DNA of 64,000 bases, taken from NCBI GenBank assembly GCA_977018835.1, contig OZ361256.1:1674001-1738000 (forward strand), written 5' to 3'. Position 1 is the stretch's first letter. Each line of letters begins with the position of its first letter. Shown one piece after another: positions 44,301-56,213 of this stretch. Position numbers and translations under genes: made by a program. This stretch comes from Minutocellus sp. GHC0000111. Its lineage: Eukaryota. The notes under the pieces are model-generated. The model searched no databases. It saw nothing but the letters and a program-made list of their open reading frames with translations, and was not told the origin of the DNA.

Positions 44301-44530
44301 TCGTCGTCATCGGGCAGAAGCAGACCTTGCGCCTCGCCGGCAAGGTAGAGCATTTTGTGATGACCTTGGCTTGCTGGAGAGCGGTCGCCAGCATGACCAT
44401 CGTAAAGCAAGACTGTGACCTGCTCGATCGCTTCGAATGTCTTGGGCCGGTACGGTCCATAACCCCCGACGAAGAAGAAAAGGGACGGTACCTTCCAAGA
44501 CGATTTGTCAGCAAAAGCTTTGCGCGACAT
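41378..44530 (-). CDS. COG0523/CobW-family G3E GTPase metallochaperone fused to N-terminal hydrolase-like and Nudix-like domains; intron 42268..42367; His-rich tail with 1-bp frameshift at ~41497
   Basis: LPVTLLSGFLGSGKTT, NDMGEINID, EMSNGCICC, ESSGISEP, NKCD (spliced FCNV|IVLNKCD), ETEEYGI, RAKGF, GDRQQEIVIIG, HDHDHDHGHSH. Confidence 0.92.
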
Positions 44531-44843
44531 GGTGGGGCTTGCTGGGTGATATCGTGTTTTATTGTTGCCAGTACGAGGATTTCAATTGTGGGGCGGTGGG
44601 GGATCGAAGCAACTGATCAGTCGCCAAAGGGCCAAACGCAAAGAGAGCAAAGAGCCAGTCGAGAGCACAGAGGCTCTTTTGTCTGAGTTCTGACACAATG
44701 ATGATTGAGTCGATTGTGTCCTACAGGAAAACGAATAAAAGAGTGCGGCGACGACCAGCTTTTGCGTGCATAATTCAAAGCAACAGCTCATCGCATCGCC
44801 GCAAACACAACTGCCAGCTGTATCATTGTTATTATTGTCAGCC

Positions 44844-46973
44844 ATGACTCACACGTATCAAACTCGCCGACGGAGAACGACCAAACCCGGTCCCTCCCCT
44901 ACCACCCAAGAGAAGACGGAGCAACCTGCGCAGCTTCCGGTGCCGCCGCCGACGCATATCGTTGCGGAATCCACGAGCGGGAGCCAAAACAAAAACGACA
45001 CAAAAATGAGTCAAAGTGCCCGAAAGGCATCGGCACAAACCGTCGCCACGGCCCCAAGAGGCGGCAAGGACGACCAGGCCCTCACGAGCCAATCCAACGG
45101 CGCCGCCGAATCGACGAAGCAGGAAACGACGTACGAGATGCCCAGCTCGGATGACTGTCCCATCTTCCTCAAGAGTGAGTGAATTTTTGAAGTTGTTTAT
45201 TTTTTTGTTGTGCATGACTCCGACTCGACACGTGCATGCCTGCACGACATGTTCTCGTCAAAATCCTGCCTTTGTATGACTGGGATACGCTCCACGGACC
45301 CCCGGGGCTATCCAGGTTAAGTTGACTATTTGATTGCGCGCGTTGGTAGCGAGCGGAGACGCAGACATATGCCGCAGGAGGTTTGGTCCGGTATCTTCAT
45401 CGTCGTATCGGAATCGTGCGGACATGCGTGGCTGACCGCCAAAAATTGCATTTATTGTTGATATTTATGTCGTCCCAATAAGGGCGTCGGCGGTCCTGCC
45501 TGATCCGTTCCCCCGTGGATTGTCGCATTACTTTTGTCTGCAGCGTTTGTTGCTCACCCCTCATTATTCTACTCCTGTCTGCGCTCGTTCATTGGCCTCC
45601 CAGAAACGTACAAAATGATCGATGCGTGCGACCCGAAAATCACCGGCTGGTCGGCCGACGGCACCTCCTTCCTCGTTCGGGACACCGACCGTCTGGCCAA
45701 GGTTACCATCCCGCAGTACTTCAAGCACAACAAGTGGTCCAGCTTCGTCCGGCAGCTCAACTTCTACGGCTTCAAGAAGGTCAAGAGCGAGGCCGTCACC
45801 CTGGAAGAGGAGGAACAGCTCGAGGGGACCGTCCGGTTCCGTCACGACAGCTTCCTGCGGGGCCGGCCCGATCTGCTCATGGAGATCCATCGGAAGAAAA
45901 TGGCGGCCGATGGAAAGGCCAAGCAGTTGAAGCGGGCGGCCGGTGCCGCTGCTGCGACCGGTCCGATGTCCGGTGGTGCTGGTGGTCCCAACGGTGCTCC
46001 TGCGTGGTTGGGCGTCACGGATGCTGCCAGCAAGTCCGAGGTCAACGCATTGAGGGATCGCATTGCCGCCATGTCGCAGAACATCGATGATCTGTCCGCC
46101 ATGGTCCAGAATATGCAGGTTCGGGATGCCGGTGCAGCCACAGCCGACTTCATGTCGGAGTATGGCAACGTTGGAGCCGGAACCAAGCGCAAGAAGGTTG
46201 GAGTCTTCGCTTCCGCGCATGCCTCTGTCCTCCCCGAGAGTGTGGGTAGCTCATCTGAAATGATGATCATCGACGATGAGCTTCCCGATGTTGCTCCGGA
46301 GGGAGTCAAGAGCTTCAACCAGTCGATTGCCTTCACTCCTGGAAATATCTTCCCCCCCGTTTCATCGGTAGGGGCGGCGTCCTGCTCGAGGCAAGCGTCT
46401 TTGGCCGGTAGCGATGGTGCCTTTGTCGATGATCTTTTCGCCTTCAACGAGGAAGGACTGCTCGATGGTCCCACCGAGGACGAACCAATGGCCACCGAGG
46501 AGAAGATGGCTGCGACTGCCCAGCCCGAAAATGTTGGTCCAGATCCGAAGCTAATGAAAGAGCTTACCGACGCCCTCACCCTCCTTCCCAAGGAAATGCA
46601 GGATACTCTTGTGAATCGGATGATATCGACGATTGTGGGCACGGGGCCCGATTCGCTCAGATCGCAGCTCAATTCTACCGGGGGATCGACGGTTGCATCG
46701 GCTTCTGCCTCCGTGGCATCATCCAGAGCTTCGTCTCCCAAGCCCAGGGCCGTCGTAGAGAGCGACGAGAAAGTTGCCACTCCCGTGGACGCTATTGAGC
46801 GCAAGACTGTCGTGGTGGCCGCGTCGCCCGACAAGAATGACGATACCAAGTCGGAAATTGCTATTCAGATCGACTCGGCGATGTTCAATTCTCTCGTCAA
46901 GCATCTGGCCAAGACGCAGGGCGCGGCTGGAAAGACGGACAAGATCCTCCCACCCTCTGTCGCCGTTCACTAA
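44844..46973 (+). CDS. Heat-shock transcription factor (HSF DNA-binding domain); intron 45175..45603
   Basis: Spliced PIFLK|KTYKMID...WSADG.SF...FKHNKWSSFVRQLNFYGFKKV...FRHDSFLRG, followed by a coiled coil. Confidence 0.95.
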
Positions 46974-47025
46974 ACATCCTCTAGAGCTAGGATAATTCCA
47001 ATTGCATATTAGAAAGTTAGTTTCC

Positions 47026-48651
47026 TCACGGAGATGTCAAATCAATAATATCATCGTCACATTTGCCATCCTCCAGTAGTGACGATGACGAAGACGAAGA
47101 ATCTTCAGGAGTCGACGCTTGCTCCCCACCGTCTCCTAATTCATTCGCCCCGTCACTATTGTTGAGCTCGTCTCCAAAAGATAGAGGTGAATCGGATATT
47201 GACATATCAGCTAGGCCGAGACCTTTCACTGGAGTAATGAGATCGATACAATCGTCCTTATCGCTCGCGGCTTCCTTCTTGGTCTTATCACTGCTGCCTG
47301 AACCTTCTACTGCTGATGCAGCCGCTGCTGGCTTGGAATCTGACCGAAATATATCGTCAAAAGAATCACCGTCCATTTCGCTAGCATTGCCCTCGTCTTG
47401 AGTACCGCTATCCTCGTCCCCATCTCCATCTTGATCCTCATCCTCATCCGTCAGACAAATGATACCGTCACTGCCCACGCTACTGCCGTCGCTATCTTCT
47501 CCCCCTTCTCGCCCAACGGTTTCACCCCCATAATATCCATTCCGCTCGGCTTGGAGTTGTCGTCGTTCGTCCATGATTGCATCCCAAATCATGTGATTGC
47601 CGCACGAAGGACAAAGTCCATCCATCGGTACCAGAACCGACGGGGGCGCTTGGCAGTCTTCCAAGAACTTGTCGGCGAGGCAGAGGACGTGCGTCTGCAC
47701 CTGGCACGAGGCGCAGGTTACCGGTAGCTCATCGGATGTGAATTCTGACGAACATAGAGTACAGCAGGGTGCCGAGGAGGTTTCGTTGACCTCAGCATTG
47801 TCTGCATTTTCCATCTGATCATCATCGGCAGTGACCATGGAACGGTCATCAATATTCGACAATTCATCCTCCTCCTCCTGCTTGCCGCTCAAGTTATCTA
47901 TACTACTAGACTTGTTGGCCTTTGCCTTCTTCTTCTTTTTCTCCCTCTTCTTCTCCTCCCGCAGCCTCTCCTTCCTGGCCTTCTTTCGTGCCTTGGCATC
48001 CTCCCTCTCGGTCCAAAAGGGCATCTGCTCCACCTGCCGCACCTCGCAGCTCATTTGCGCCGGCAGGTCCATCTCCCGTCCCCTCAATTCCACCTCGGCC
48101 TCCAACGGAGTTGGTCCCCGTCCCATCCCATCCTCCTCCAACAACGTTCGGAACATTTGCTCGTGGTCCCCCTCCAAAAAGAGCGCATTCAGCTCGTATT
48201 GGCAGAACGGTTCGCAGTACAGCAGCAGGATGCGCAATATATCGAGCTTGCCCCTAACGCCCCGACGTCGCTGCATCCGCTTGGCCTCGGCGTCGCCCAC
48301 CACCGCCCGGAACACCCGGCTGCGATCGGGATGCTGCCAGGCCCACTCGAATTGCAGTGCGGCAATCTTGTCGGGAAATCCATGCAGGACCAGCACAAAG
48401 TTCCACGGCCGACCAGCACGTTTGGTTCGCCAGGCGCCACCATTCTTGAGGATGCCGTTGTGCTGCCGGAGGCGGCGGTGGGGGTCGGTGGTGAAGCCGA
48501 TGTAGGTCTTGTGGGGATGACGGGCGGTGTCGAGGGAGCGGAGGCAGTAGCAGTGAAAGTGCTTGCGGACTGCTGATGATGGGGTGGAGGGGGTTGATGG
48601 GTTGACCTCGGTACGTGCATCAGTAGTGGCCGATGGTGATGATAAGCTCAT
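47026..48651 (-). CDS. SLX1: Structure-specific endonuclease SLX1 (GIY-YIG + RING/PHD-like)
   Basis: CYCLRS...TYIGFTTDPHRRLRQHNG...GGAWRT...ALQFEWAWQHP; CTLC...CASC...HVLCLA...CPSC. Start codon uncertain. Confidence 0.92.
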   Translation of the reverse strand: MSLSSPSATTDARTEVNPSTPSTPSSAVRKHFHCYCLRSLDTARHPHKTYIGFTTDPHRRLRQHNGILKNGGAWRTKRAGRPWNFVLVLHGFPDKIAALQFEWAWQHPDRSRVFRAVVGDAEAKRMQRRRGVRGKLDILRILLLYCEPFCQYELNALFLEGDHEQMFRTLLEEDGMGRGPTPLEAEVELRGREMDLPAQMSCEVRQVEQMPFWTEREDAKARKKARKERLREEKKREKKKKKAKANKSSSIDNLSGKQEEEDELSNIDDRSMVTADDDQMENADNAEVNETSSAPCCTLCSSEFTSDELPVTCASCQVQTHVLCLADKFLEDCQAPPSVLVPMDGLCPSCGNHMIWDAIMDERRQLQAERNGYYGGETVGREGGEDSDGSSVGSDGIICLTDEDEDQDGDGDEDSGTQDEGNASEMDGDSFDDIFRSDSKPAAAASAVEGSGSSDKTKKEAASDKDDCIDLITPVKGLGLADMSISDSPLSFGDELNNSDGANELGDGGEQASTPEDSSSSSSSLLEDGKCDDDIIDLTSP

Positions 48652-49062
48652 CGTTGCGATTGATGGATTTATCGGCGAACGATGGCTGAGCGATTCGGCT
48701 GGAAGTCCGAGATGCGACGCTACCACTACCAGGGCAGCGATCAAGCGCATCCGATTCGCTTGCTAGCGGCAACAGCGGTGGGTCGATGCGGGCGTGAGTA
48801 AGCTATAGGGGCGCAGGAGCAGGTTCGAAGGTGATGCATGCATGCTTCCGCCTGTAACACCGCCATCTTCGAAGCCGAGAGAAAAATGCATTGTCCGCGG
48901 CATCCGGCGTGCCTTTTGAGGTCGAAATTTCCGGGTTCCTTTTCATTATTTTCGATTTCGCTCCGATGTCTTGGAAGTGCAGAAGAGTGAGAGATCACAC
49001 GGCAGAGACCATAGTCCTGTAAGCTATTTCTAAGTTTACCGCCAAATCAAAGCCGACCGCCC

Positions 49063-52000
49063 TTAACTTATGACACACTTCTCGCCCTTCTCCTTCATCA
49101 TGCGTTCCATGTCTTCTTGGGACATGCCCTGCCCTTCGCGTGCGGTAGTATCCCACAGATCATTCAGCGATGCTCGCTTGACGTCTCGTCGAATGTAGAA
49201 CAAAATGTACGCGGAGGCATCCACCACATCTCGCTCATTGACTTCGAATATTTGTGCATCGTTGAAGAGCCTCCACTTTCCGTCGGATTCAGATTTCAGG
49301 CTGGCGACGTAATGGCCATTGGTGAAGCCACCTTGGTGATGTACAACTCCATATAAATCGTAGAGCGATTCGGATCCAGGAGATAGGTGAAGCGATTTCA
49401 TCTGATTTGCAATATCTTCGGCCGCATCAACAGCTGGGGCTGATTCTTCGGCATTTTCGCCATCTTCACTTGCTTTGTCGGTAGGTTCGGTAGATGTTTC
49501 TCCGTCCTCATCACCCGCATCAGTCGCTGCGGCATCCTTGGCATCTCCTGTACTGTCATCAGCATCACTTTCGGTGTTGCTCTCGCCGTGGGTATCAGCG
49601 ATGATTCGACTGAAATCAAGGCCTTCGGTGGGAAACACGACAAGATCTCGTAATTTTCTTGTCAATTCACCCCATTGGAATCGCTTGAGATGAATGATGA
49701 TGACGGGTGGTAGACGCCACAGAGTCATTTCCTTGCTCTGATCGCGAAGGTCGTTGCACTTGGAGCAGTACGCATCTGGTACATTCTCTTGCTTGGAAAA
49801 GGCGTCGAGACATTCCTCAAGAGTGATGGCGCCATTACCGTACTTGCTCTTGCCGGTAGAACAGGTTTTGTGATTCTTGATACCGGTGAGCATATCGTTG
49901 GCTCCGTTGCTGAGTTGACCAGGAATGGGAAGAGAAGCTTCCAAAATCTTCCAACCGAATCCTTCGGACTTGAGATCGAGAGCCAGATGCCAGTCGATGG
50001 TGATGCTGTCGCCGCAAGATACAATGGTAGGCGAATCATCGTCGGGTATGTGGCAGCCGATGCAGCTTTCGTACCACGGGCACATTGCACATCGCCGCCC
50101 ATCCCGTGATGCGAGACGAAGCCGGAAGCCACATCTAGGCATCTTTCCGGCCGATGCATCCTCCATATCAGCAGTTACCGGCCTCCGATGATGGCGCCCT
50201 CGTGGCCTTCTACCTCTGCTGGGCGATCCACCTTCGACGTTTTCATCTACAAGCCCATCGTTGCTGGCGAGCTTGATGCCTCGTCGAAGGATTGGTTGGA
50301 CAGCCTTGGGCACGTACTTCTCCACTCGCTCGGCCACAAGATCATACAAATCTCGCCCAGTGTATCCTTCAAGGTCGGCTAATCGGATGAGAAGAGGCAC
50401 ACCAAATAGGCACTGGGCGTAAGGATGAAGAAAAGGTCGGTCGCCTAACTCCAATTTGCGCTGAGCTATCGCAAGGTACGACGTCTTTACTTCGGGAGTG
50501 GTCGGCGTGGCATCAACTCCAGACTTTTCTTCATTTTGGCTTGTAGAATCGGTACTGGTGTCGGCAGTAGAATCATCCGTTTCGGAGGTAGCGGTGGTGG
50601 CAGTTGCGGTATCGTCGCCGTTGCCAATTTCCTCCTTGGCAGCTGAATCGGCGTCTGGTACAGGATCGAGCTCGTAGATGTGGAGAACATCCATATCTCC
50701 TGTGTCTCGGTTTTGCATCTTAGTTAGAGGCCAGTTGTTCTACAAAGTGTAATAAAAAGCAAAAATTAAAGAGGTGAGAGAAAGTAGAGCAGGCGGTAGA
50801 GATCGGGGCCCGCCAGTAAGCTCGGTGCAGAAAAGAGATACGAGCAAAACCTACTTACAGGCACAATATTGAAGATGTAGCTCTCCTTCATTCGGACGAT
50901 GGCCATGTTCTTGGCCATCTTTTCACATTCTTTTGCTTCTTCATCGTCAGCGCCAACATCTTCAACCTTGTCTGTTGCACTGCCTTCGCCACACGCCTCC
51001 CGCTTATCTGCCCGAATGATCTTGGCAAGGTTCGTCATGACGTCGAAGAGCGTCCCATTGTGTTTGACTCTGACAGTGTACTTTTGCCTCTCGTCATTGT
51101 TGGCCAGAGGATAAAACACAAGCTGCACCGAGACCTTATCATCTTCAGGAAGTGGAACGGTCAGGAATGAAAACGGCTCGAATCGAGCGCTCTCGTATCC
51201 GCAAGTTTTGCACGAAAGAAGGCTCTTGTACTGACCCGTAAATAGCGCAATGATGATGGACAATTCACGTTTCAAATGGTTGGACCACCAAATGTCCGCA
51301 AGCTCCCTATCGGGCCGGCCATCGGAATCCGGCGCCTCGATATAGGGTTTATCATGGACTCGATTCAGGTCCTCCGAAAGGCCGGCGAGGAGAAAGGCCA
51401 ATAATTCTTGGGCGTCGTGTTGCTCGTTCCCCTTAAAGTCTTCATTGAATTTGCCGATGGCATCCTTGAAGCTCTTGGGAGTAAGAGCTGGTGCCAGAAC
51501 AGGATTATATGAGCCGGGAGCAACAACCTTTTTGATTGGTGGGAGCGGACTCGCTTGTCCGTGTCGTTTCCAAAGCTCGTTCACGAGGACCGCGGTGACC
51601 TGTGCCAAACGACCCTGCTGCCCCAGAGGATTCTCTGTGTTGATATCATTGAGATAAGCTCGAGTAGTGAAATAATCCCGCAAGATTGGCGTGTGGCTGA
51701 GGCACTGGAACGAGGAATTCATGTAACAGCTATTGCCTTGGTTGTGAAGACCACAGATGCCGTCACCTAACCCATTGTCTGCCTCCTGTAGCTGACGCGC
51801 TCGAGCAGCAATGTCAAGGTTGGGCTTCCTGCCGAGAGGCCAAGTGCCGTCTTTCTCGTTCTTAAGTTCCAGTATGATTGTGAGGCGGACGTTGACCCCC
51901 TCTCCGAGCGTAATACCCTTGCGCTTCAGCTGGTCTTCCAGCTTCATATCGAGATAAAGCAAAAAGTCCGGCGGTGGCGGCGCATCTTCCTCTAACAAGG

Positions 52001-55000
52001 GGGTTCCATCCGGTCCAATCATCGCGGTGGCAACATCCTTGCCACGCATCCAGAGTCGACAATCCATGGGGTTGACCTCAAGATCTTCACAAATCTCATC
52101 AACGAGGCTTCGGATTGGCTTTTGTCGCGAGAGCGGCACCTGCTGCTGAAATGGACGGGGCTCGCCGCCGCTTGGTGCATCGCAAAGCATAACGGTAACG
52201 AAGAGCGGATACAGCTCAATATCATGTTGTCCATCCTCGACCTTTTCCTTCTTCTTCTTTTTCGCCGAATCGTTGCCAAGCAGTGCAGCGGCGAGAGCTC
52301 GGGCGTCGTCGGCCTTGGTGTTTCGTGCCGCCGGTGACTTGATTGAAGAAGGCGGTGCTGGGTAGGTAACGACGGTGCGATGAATTGGGGGGCCGCCATC
52401 ATGCCAAGCTTGAAGAGCGCTCCATGCCAGAGGGGGTATGAGCTGCAGGGAGGTGAAGTATGGAAGGGGTCGATGAGCGTGTGAGGGAAAAGGTAAAGAT
52501 AAAAATCAAATCGATGCAGGGAAATGATGACAAAAAACCAAGGCACCATATATTTTGCACTCCGACCTTACCTCAAAGTCATACTTCCACCTCAATCCGG
52601 CGCGCATCGCCAGGCTACCACTCTCGAGCAAAACATTGTTGTCAATCCTTCCCAATCGAGATGCGGTGATTCCTTCCTTTCCTTGGCAATAATTCAGCCA
52701 TTTCCTCCACCAGGTGACATTAATGACGAACCAAACAGTTCCGGGCGGGCCTCGAAGGTTCTTGCCCATGTGAGGGTATCGATACTTGTGCCGTCGCTGT
52801 ACCTCCTCAACCAGATCCTGCTCCATACTCGGCCGAGAAGGCCGTACACCAAATAGAATGGATCCGAGCAACCGGAGGTCAAGCATGTACGGGCCGCATC
52901 GCCGATCCGACTTGGGTAGGTGAGCGCTTGAAGACGATGTAGAGTGATACCAATTGAGAAAGCCGGGGAACGTCAAGCACGATGGTCGTCGCTGCTCTGC
53001 GTCATCACCTTCACCACCTTCAGATGACGACATTGACTCATCAAGCACATAATCAATCAGTAGATCGAGCTTCACTCGACCAGTTACGGTGGTTTCACTT
53101 GAGTCAACGTTGGGAGGAAGCATGCCTAATAGACTTGCTGCAGTGACATCAACGGTCTTCACCTTGGATTCGTCGACAACAATATGTTCACTCGCCTGCT
53201 TATGTAGTCCCCGTGCCTGTCCACCCTCCCCCTCCTCGTCTGAATCGAATTCTCCCTCATCCTCTTCGCCAGAGTAATCACTATCGAACTCTTCTTCGCT
53301 TGATTCCTCTTCGTCTTCATCATTCTCACTCCCCGAAGCATCGCTACCGTCTTCGTCACTATCATCATCGCTATCTTCATCATTCTCTGGCGGAGAATCC
53401 GTCGCGAGGCGAAAGGCCGAGTGTTCAACGAGCAATTCAATCATATGTCCAATCTGGATTCGATTGAGTGTACTCATGTCTTCAGCAACTGTTGAGGCAT
53501 CGCCCTTGGAAGCAACGTCGGAGGCGCTGGGATCGTCCTCCTCTTCGTTCTCGGTAGCACCGTCTTGACCTCGGGGCAACATCAGAAAGGTTCCAAAAAC
53601 AAATCGAAGCAACCCAGCCTCGGAGCCGCTCGGATCTGGATCCATGGCATCTCCTCGGACGGCCCTGCATCCAAAGGAAAGAACATCCGTCATGGTCCAG
53701 TACTTGTCATCCTCATCTCCACGCCGCCGTCGGTTGCCCATGATCCAGCCGCCCACAAAGGTGAGCTCAGCGAGAGCAGTGGTGAGATACCCGCCCTGCC
53801 CATCCGTCTCGTTGGGTTCCGACACAGCCTTGATGAAGGCCGCCTTTCGAATGACATTGCGAGGCCCGCCCGACGCTGTGTGCGTCGATGCAGCCGACGC
53901 AGCAGCGGCCGCAGTCGGATCCTCCTCCAGGGGCAAGTTCGACTTTCCATCACCACTGCCATCCTCACCGCCTGCCTCGACTTCGGACACCAGCTCTATG
54001 ACGGATCGGAAACGTCTCTTGACTTCGTACAAATCTCCCTGCCCAAGACGATATTTCTTGCAAAGACTGCCAATGGCCCTGTCTGGGTTGGCAACGGCGA
54101 GCAAATCCATCTTATCCCGAAGGAGCCGATACATCGACGGACTCGGGAGGAGCGTTTCTGGCAACGTCGAATTGCCCAAGGCCAATACCCAATCCAGCAA
54201 CACATGCGACTGATGGCCCGTGGCGGGGTGAAGATTGGTCGTCGTCGATACGCCGCGGCAGAATTCGGCCGGTGTCATGTGCGGCTTGTCCCTCAGCTGC
54301 CGCGCCCCGCCGTCGCCCGTCAGCTCCTCGACGGTAAACAATGCATCCAGAACGCGCCGCACGGCCGGCTTTTGGAAGCTGTCCTCACCGTGAACGTCCG
54401 CGAAGAAGCGATGGATGGTGTCGCGACTGACCAGTCCCTTCTTTTGGTAGCCATCGTACACACGAAATGCCAACAGAGATGCCAGGAGGGTGGCATAGCG
54501 CCGTCCCTCGCTCTTGCTCAGTTGAGGCGTCGTGGCCTCCAGCTGATACTTGCGGCAGATGGCAAAGAAGATGACGAGGTCGGGTAGGAGGAGGACGCTC
54601 CGTACCCGGGCCGCCGTTGCGGCTCCGCCCATCATCTGCTCCTCGACGCGCGACTTGAGGTTCTGCACGGCGCTGGTAGCGGCGTTGCCACCGCTGCTCG
54701 TGGGTGGGCTGGCCGCCAGTGCATGGAACAGGCACTCAAACAGAGCCAGATGACCGCCCGGTCCGGCGTGGGGCAACGACGCAAAGGGGACCAGCACACC
54801 CAGGCTCAGGGCACTGGTCTTGTCCAGACCGAGGGCACTGCTGGACGTAATCCTCGTCAGGCGGGCCCACACCGTCAGCACCTCCGGTGGGATCTGTCCA
54901 GGTCCAATCACGGCCTCCTCCCCACCGCCCATTCCGGCCGTACCACCGACGGCATCTCCACCGCGGCGACTTTCAAAGTCATAGAACAGCGCCCGTCCGA

Positions 55001-55457
55001 CGGCGTTGACCCATTCGGTCTCCTCGGTGCTTTCCCCCGGCTGGAGGGTCGACTCGGCGAACAGATGGTACGGGAACGGGATGGTCGGGTCGTCCAGCCC
55101 CGCGTACGGGTCCTGCTGCTGCGAGGCCGACAGACTGCCCTGGGAGGAGTGCGACCGTCCTCCTCCGCCGCCGAGGCTGCGCTGACTGCCATTGGCGCTG
55201 CTGCTGGGACCGCCGCCATTTCCACCGACTCCACCACCAGCCACAGAGGAGCTGTGCGCACTGCCGGCGCCGCTGCCGGCCAGCCCTCTGCCGGCGCTGG
55301 CGCTGCTGGCCACGTGGCGCAGGAACGATCGCACTATGGTCCGGACGGCATCTTCGCCCAATATGTGACAGGCGGCCGACGCCGGCAGGATGTGCGATAG
55401 GTTCGTCTTGGAGATGGCCGGGGCGGGACCGCCCCCTCCTCCTCCTCCCGTTGCCAT
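49063..55457 (-). CDS. Ubiquitin-specific protease with DUSP domain (USP32/USP4-like); introns 52443..52571 and 50740..50858
   Basis: DUSP WFVINVTWWRKW...RIDN...DFE|LIPPLAW; Cys box GLHNQGNSCYMNSSFQCL; QHDAQE; LPPVIIIHLKRF; His box HQGGFTNGHY, FND. Confidence 0.92.
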
Positions 55458-56213
55458 CTTTTATTTATTTGGGCAATCGAGTCAAGTGACGGAAGTAGTC
55501 AGTGAAAAGAGGGTGCTTTTATCGAGCGGATTTTCCCTTCAAGTTTGCTCGCCGAAGTTTTACCAAGATTCAAGGGCGCGAACCGGCAATAACAAAAATA
55601 AATGCAACTGCCCCGACAGCAGCGCTTTCAGATAGACTTTGTTTGACCCGCCTTCGCCTGTTGCCGCAATTGCAAGCTCAGACCAGACTTTCCCGCCGTT
55701 TCTATTCGTCAGGTGGGTTGCAAGTAACTTGGGGCTGATGATAGGGCCAGTACCGAAATAATGGCACGCACGAAGCACAAGGAGAACAAAGTTCTTCTTC
55801 GTCTCCCAACGTATCTTTCGTGCTCGTTTTTGTGGTGATCCCAACCGGCACCCAAAGGCCCAAACAGCAGCAAAGATATGTCCCTTGGCAGCTCAGAGAA
55901 GCGGTGATGTATGGTAGCGGCGCGGTTCGTGCAACTTCGCTGATACCGCTTTCAGCACTTTCTTATTTTTTATGCCATCGATTTTGCTCTGGCGTGGTTA
56001 CGAATGCCGTCATCAAGAAGCACCACCTGGCAAAAGCCTTCCTTATGACACGTATAAGGCCTTTTCGGTCCGACCGCCGCCGCCGAGCGAGCCGAGCCCC
56101 TACGGGCGCCGGATGGAACAGCGGAAACTGCCCGAGAGTGCAGCCGTGCAGTTTTGTATCATCGCACCGTCTATTGCTGACTGCTCTCGTATCGTATCAT
56201 CTGCTACGCCACG

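Noticed and set aside
45175..45603. Unusually long (429 bp) HSF intron possibly hosting a snoRNA
   Set aside because: No convincing C/D or H/ACA boxes with terminal stems seen by eye; an Rfam search would be needed.
47026..48651. GIY-YIG ORF as a homing endonuclease or Penelope element
   Set aside because: The RLRQHNG and ALQFEWAWQHP motifs plus the C-terminal zinc finger identify cellular SLX1; no reverse transcriptase nearby.
52250..52345. Suspected frameshift in USP exon 2
   Set aside because: Manual translation is continuous (SSIKSPAARNTKADD...HDIELYP); the ORF track merely starts at a downstream Met.
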